Shown here: piece by piece, positions 60,624 to 64,000 of the stretch
How positions within the stretch are numbered: position 1 is the stretch's first letter
How the letters are laid out: each line of letters begins with the position of its first letter
Source of the DNA: Mustelus asterias
Lineage: Eukaryota
Direction of reading: 5' to 3'
Length of the DNA stretch: 64,000 nucleotides
NCBI RefSeq assembly: GCF_964213995.1
Contig: NC_135822.1
Coordinates: forward strand, 39,246,001 to 39,310,000
Translations under genes and position numbers: made by a program
Notes under the pieces: model-generated
What the model saw: the letters and a program-made list of their open reading frames with translations, nothing else
Database searches by the model: none
What the model was told of the DNA's origin: nothing

Positions 60624-61924
60624 GTAAGAGCTGCTCATTGTTAATTTTCTCAACATCCTTTGAATATGTAACATTCTGATCTATGACATTGCTTTTTAGT
60701 GGGTAGGTAGCATTTCAATTATTTTTGAGACTTTGGGAATAAATTCTGCTGTCTGGAGTTGCCTCTGCCAACAGTGCCTGGATGAACAGGATTGGCAAAG
60801 ATTTGTGTTTCATAACTTTCGGGAGTTTCCCAAGCCCGTTACAGACAATGAAGCACTTCCGAAGTGCAGTCACTGTTGTAATGCAGGAAATGCAGCAACC
60901 AATTTGTGCACAGCAAGCTCCCACAAACAGTCTTGACCAGATAAGATGCTTTCTGAGATGTTGGTTGAGGGATAACTATTGGCCAGGTGGTTGAATTCAT
61001 TTAATCACTGAGTTACTGCCCATGCAATTAGCTTATTGGGAGTTCTTGGACATTACCAACCTCTCCTCACTTTTAGCAGGATTGTTCCCAATAAAAGCAC
61101 TACAATCATCAAAAGTGCCAGTCTTGACCAGTCGAATGTGAGAAAACATTATGATGGCGCTCAGCTTTATCTTTGACCTCTGGTAACAAGTATAAAAAAT
61201 AATTGCATTTATTATAACATTTCCATCAAATCTCTCAGACAGATCTCAAAGCAACTCACCGACAAGCAAATCCCTTTGAGGGGTGTTAATTGTAGTAGAC
61301 AAGTAAGGCTGACGTTATACACTCAACAACTCCCACAAACAGCAATGGGCGATTCGGCTTCTTGGTATTGGCAGAGAGAAGAAAATTAGCCAGGGTACCA
61401 GAATTCCTCACTCTTCTTCAGGCAGGGCTCTGAGAACTTCAACATTCAACTGAACTCATGGAACTAAAGGGCAGGCCACCAGCAGTGCAGCACTCCCTCT
61501 GTGGCGCACTGTGGTGCCAGCCCAGATTATGTGCTCAACTCTTGAGGTTGACCTTGAATCCCCAATCTTCTCACTCAGTGATGAGAATTCTAGAAGATGA
61601 TATTTATTGATTGTTCAGTCATGAGGCTTTTGGACTCTGAGTTGAAACGCACAGGCACGCTATTAGTGCATTGATTAAGACCATGTGGAATTGCTTAGAT
61701 GCTGTGACCTATCACTGGAGAACTTCAATGGAAGGTTGGTAATGGTCAAAGAGATGTGGTTCTAGTAGAACTGAAAACGTGCAGGCAAGTTGACTGTGTG
61801 TGACCATCTATCGCATGTGAACATGCAACCAATCACAATCCTTCGTTAGCTATGGTTAATTTCTAATTATATAGCTAATGTCAGTGACACATTTGAAGTA
61901 ACACTGCCTTTTCTTGTTCCCCAG

Positions 61925-62185
61925 CTGCTCCATATGCCACCTTTAACATTGAGGTTGTCACCGTAAGGGTGGGTGAGATCATCCGGTTGCATTGTCTATC
62001 CCAAGGAACTCCACCAATAACATATGAATGGTCCAAGATGAATGGAAGCTTGCCAAGCAGGGCAGTCATACGCAATGGGTTCTTGCAGATCGACCTAGCC
62101 GTTGTATCTGATTCGGGCATGTATCGATGCCTTGTCAAGAACAAAGTTGGTCAAAGTGATGCATTTGCAACAGTAAATGTGAAAT
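61925..62185 (+). CDS. HSPG2: HSPG2 exon, whole Ig domain (APYATFNIEVVTVRVGEIIRLHCLSQGTPPITYEWSKMNGSLPSRAVIRNGFLQIDLAVVSDSGMYRCLVKNKVGQSDAFATVNVK)
   Basis: ttccccag acceptor, T|gtgagt donor, 261 nt. Confidence 0.93.
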
Positions 62186-62409
62186 GTGAGTAAAATGTCT
62201 TCTTGTCCTCTCATTCTGTTCTCCTCTTCCATGAACTCAGAGCAAATTGATACATGCTTGAATTGGAAAATTTGCAGGACTATGACTAAAGAGTGTGGGT
62301 AGTAGGACTCAATTGATAGCTCTTCCAAAGAGGACTTATAATGTAATGGACTGAATAGCTGTCTTCTCTGAATGATTCCAAAGACAAATGTTCGGATTCT
62401 GAGGCTCTC

Positions 62410-63167
62410 TACCAAGGTGGAGGTGCTCCAAGGTATCTGCTGCTCTTGTCTTTCTGGATGGTAGTGATCGTGGGTTTGGAAAGTGCTGCCAAACGGATCT
62501 TGATGCGTTCCTGCAGTGCATCTTGTAGACGGTACACACTGCTGCCACTGTTCGTCAGTGGTGGAGAGATTGAATGTTTGTGGTAGGGAAAACAATCAAG
62601 TGGGCTGCTTTGTCCTGGATGGTATTGAGCTTCTTGAGTATTCTTAGAGCTGCACTCACCCAGGCAAATGGAGAGTATTCCATTACACTCCTGACTTGTG
62701 CCTTGTAGATAGAGAGTCAGGAGGTGAGTTACTCGCCACATGATTCCTAGCCTCTGACCTGCTCTGGTAGCCACAGTATTTATATAGCTAGCCCAATTCA
62801 GCTTCTGGTCAATGGTAACCGCCCAGAATGTTGATAGTGGGAGATTCAGCGATGGTAATGCCATTGAATGTCATGGGGTAATGGTTAGATCCTCTCTTGT
62901 TGGATATGATCATTATCTGGCACTTCTGTGGTGCAAATGTTACTTGCCATTTGTCAGCCCAAGCCTGGATATTGTCCAGGTCTTGCTGCATTTGGAGATG
63001 GATTGTTTCAGCATCTGAGGAGTTGCGAATGATGCTGAACATTGTGCAGTCATTGGCGATCATCCCCACTTCTGACCTTATGATAGAAGGCAGATCATTG
63101 ATGAAGCAGCTGAAGATGGTTAGGCCTAGGACACTACCCTGAGGGACTCCTGCAGTGATGTCCAGGA
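62410..63167 (-). mobile_element. CR1/L2-group LINE fragment, same family as 28460-29408
   Basis: DITAGVPQGSVLG.TIFSCFINDL and WADKWQVTF peptides. Confidence 0.85.
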
Positions 63168-63485
63168 GGAGTTCCTCAGGATAGTGTTCTAGGCCCAACT
63201 ATTCAGACAAAATGGAAAGTGCAGAAAATGATAGTTTGTCAATTGACCTGGCCTCTGGATTTATTGGGGCTGAATTTTCCTGTTTTACTGTCCAAGTTAA
63301 GGCACTGATGGGGCAAAAATTAGGATCTGTGGCTAATAACAGGTCGAGGCTGCAGCCTTCCAGCACAAACCACCTTTCCACGTCCTTGTTCTAAACAAGG
63401 ATTGAACGAGATGCCAACGAGAATTGATTTTCACTGCTATGCCTCTAACTGGTGTCAGTTTGCAATTAAGCAAACTGACATCAAT

Positions 63486-63812
63486 GGGCAGCGCAGTGGC
63501 ACAGTGGTTAGCACTGCTGCCTCACAGCGTCAGGGACCCGGGTTCAATTCCAGCCTTGGGTCACTGTCTGTGTGGAGTTTGTACGTTCTCCCTGTGTCTG
63601 CGTGGGTTTCCTCCGGGTGCTCCGGTTTCCTCCCACAGTCCAAAGATGTGCGGGTTAGGTTGATTGGCCATGCTAAATTGCCCTTTAATGTCAGGGAGAT
63701 TAGCAGGGTAAATATGTGGGGTTACAGGAATAGGGCCTGGGTGGGATTGTTGTCAGTGTAGACTCGATGGGCCGAATGACCTCCTTCTGCACTGTAGGGA
63801 TTCTATTCTATG
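63486..63812 (+). mobile_element. HE1/V-SINE-type SINE, CR1-type tail
   Basis: Full-length match to the other copies. Confidence 0.92.
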
Positions 63813-64000
63813 ATCAGCTGGTGATCACTGTCAACTGCCCAAAATAAGCCGGGAGCTTTTAAAATAAATCAAACAGATATTGACTGCACTCCCTATAATC
63901 ATTGTAATAGTTTGCCGCAGAATGTTTTTACTGAATTCGAACTATAATCATATAATATAAACTGGAGCACAAGATAATGAAAACTGGTGAATTTCTAAAC

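Larger units (their letters stand above)
6021..62185 (+). other. HSPG2: Perlecan (HSPG2) gene, internal segment encoding domain IV Ig repeats; 23 exons, gene continues beyond both window ends
   Basis: Exons with AG/GT ends and compatible phases join into one ORF. Peptides match human perlecan as recalled: ERTDIGTLIIP~ERTDIATLLIP, GPPTVSV, ATLRCSATG, WSKLRAPLPWQHR~WSKLRSPLPWQHR, QDSGQYICNA, NKVG. Confidence 0.95.

Noticed and set aside
4405-63761. Recurrent ORFs such as MVSTAASQRQGPGFDS and VAQWLALLPHSARDPGSIP
   Set aside because: They are chance reading frames of HE1/V-SINE copies, not a gene family.

Overview
Vertebrate genomic DNA, almost certainly a shark (elasmobranch), judged from abundant HE1/V-SINE-type SINEs, Deu-domain SINEs and CR1 LINEs. 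The window is an internal 64-kb slice of the perlecan gene HSPG2 on the + strand. It holds 23 GT-AG exons (6021-62185) that splice into one open frame encoding domain IV Ig repeats. Eight two-exon Ig modules (7859-47212) are more similar to each other than to the human repeats as I recall them. Introns are packed with CR1, Rex1-like and Penelope-derived elements, several SINE families, solo LTRs and MITEs. Main observations: (1) five TSD-flanked, hairpin-shaped Penelope-derived insertions, four retaining a minimal type I hammerhead ribozyme core on the HSPG2 sense strand; (2) a tandem duplication of Ig module 3/4 with an 89-bp inverted templated insert at its junction beside a GC-rich minisatellite; (3) mosaic homogenisation of the Ig modules; (4) splice junction codons that turn particular isoforms into stops; (5) one SINE head carrying two different LINE-type tails; (6) a 6x amplified SINE A-box. 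All identities are by-eye estimates and family names come from recalled motifs, not from database searches.
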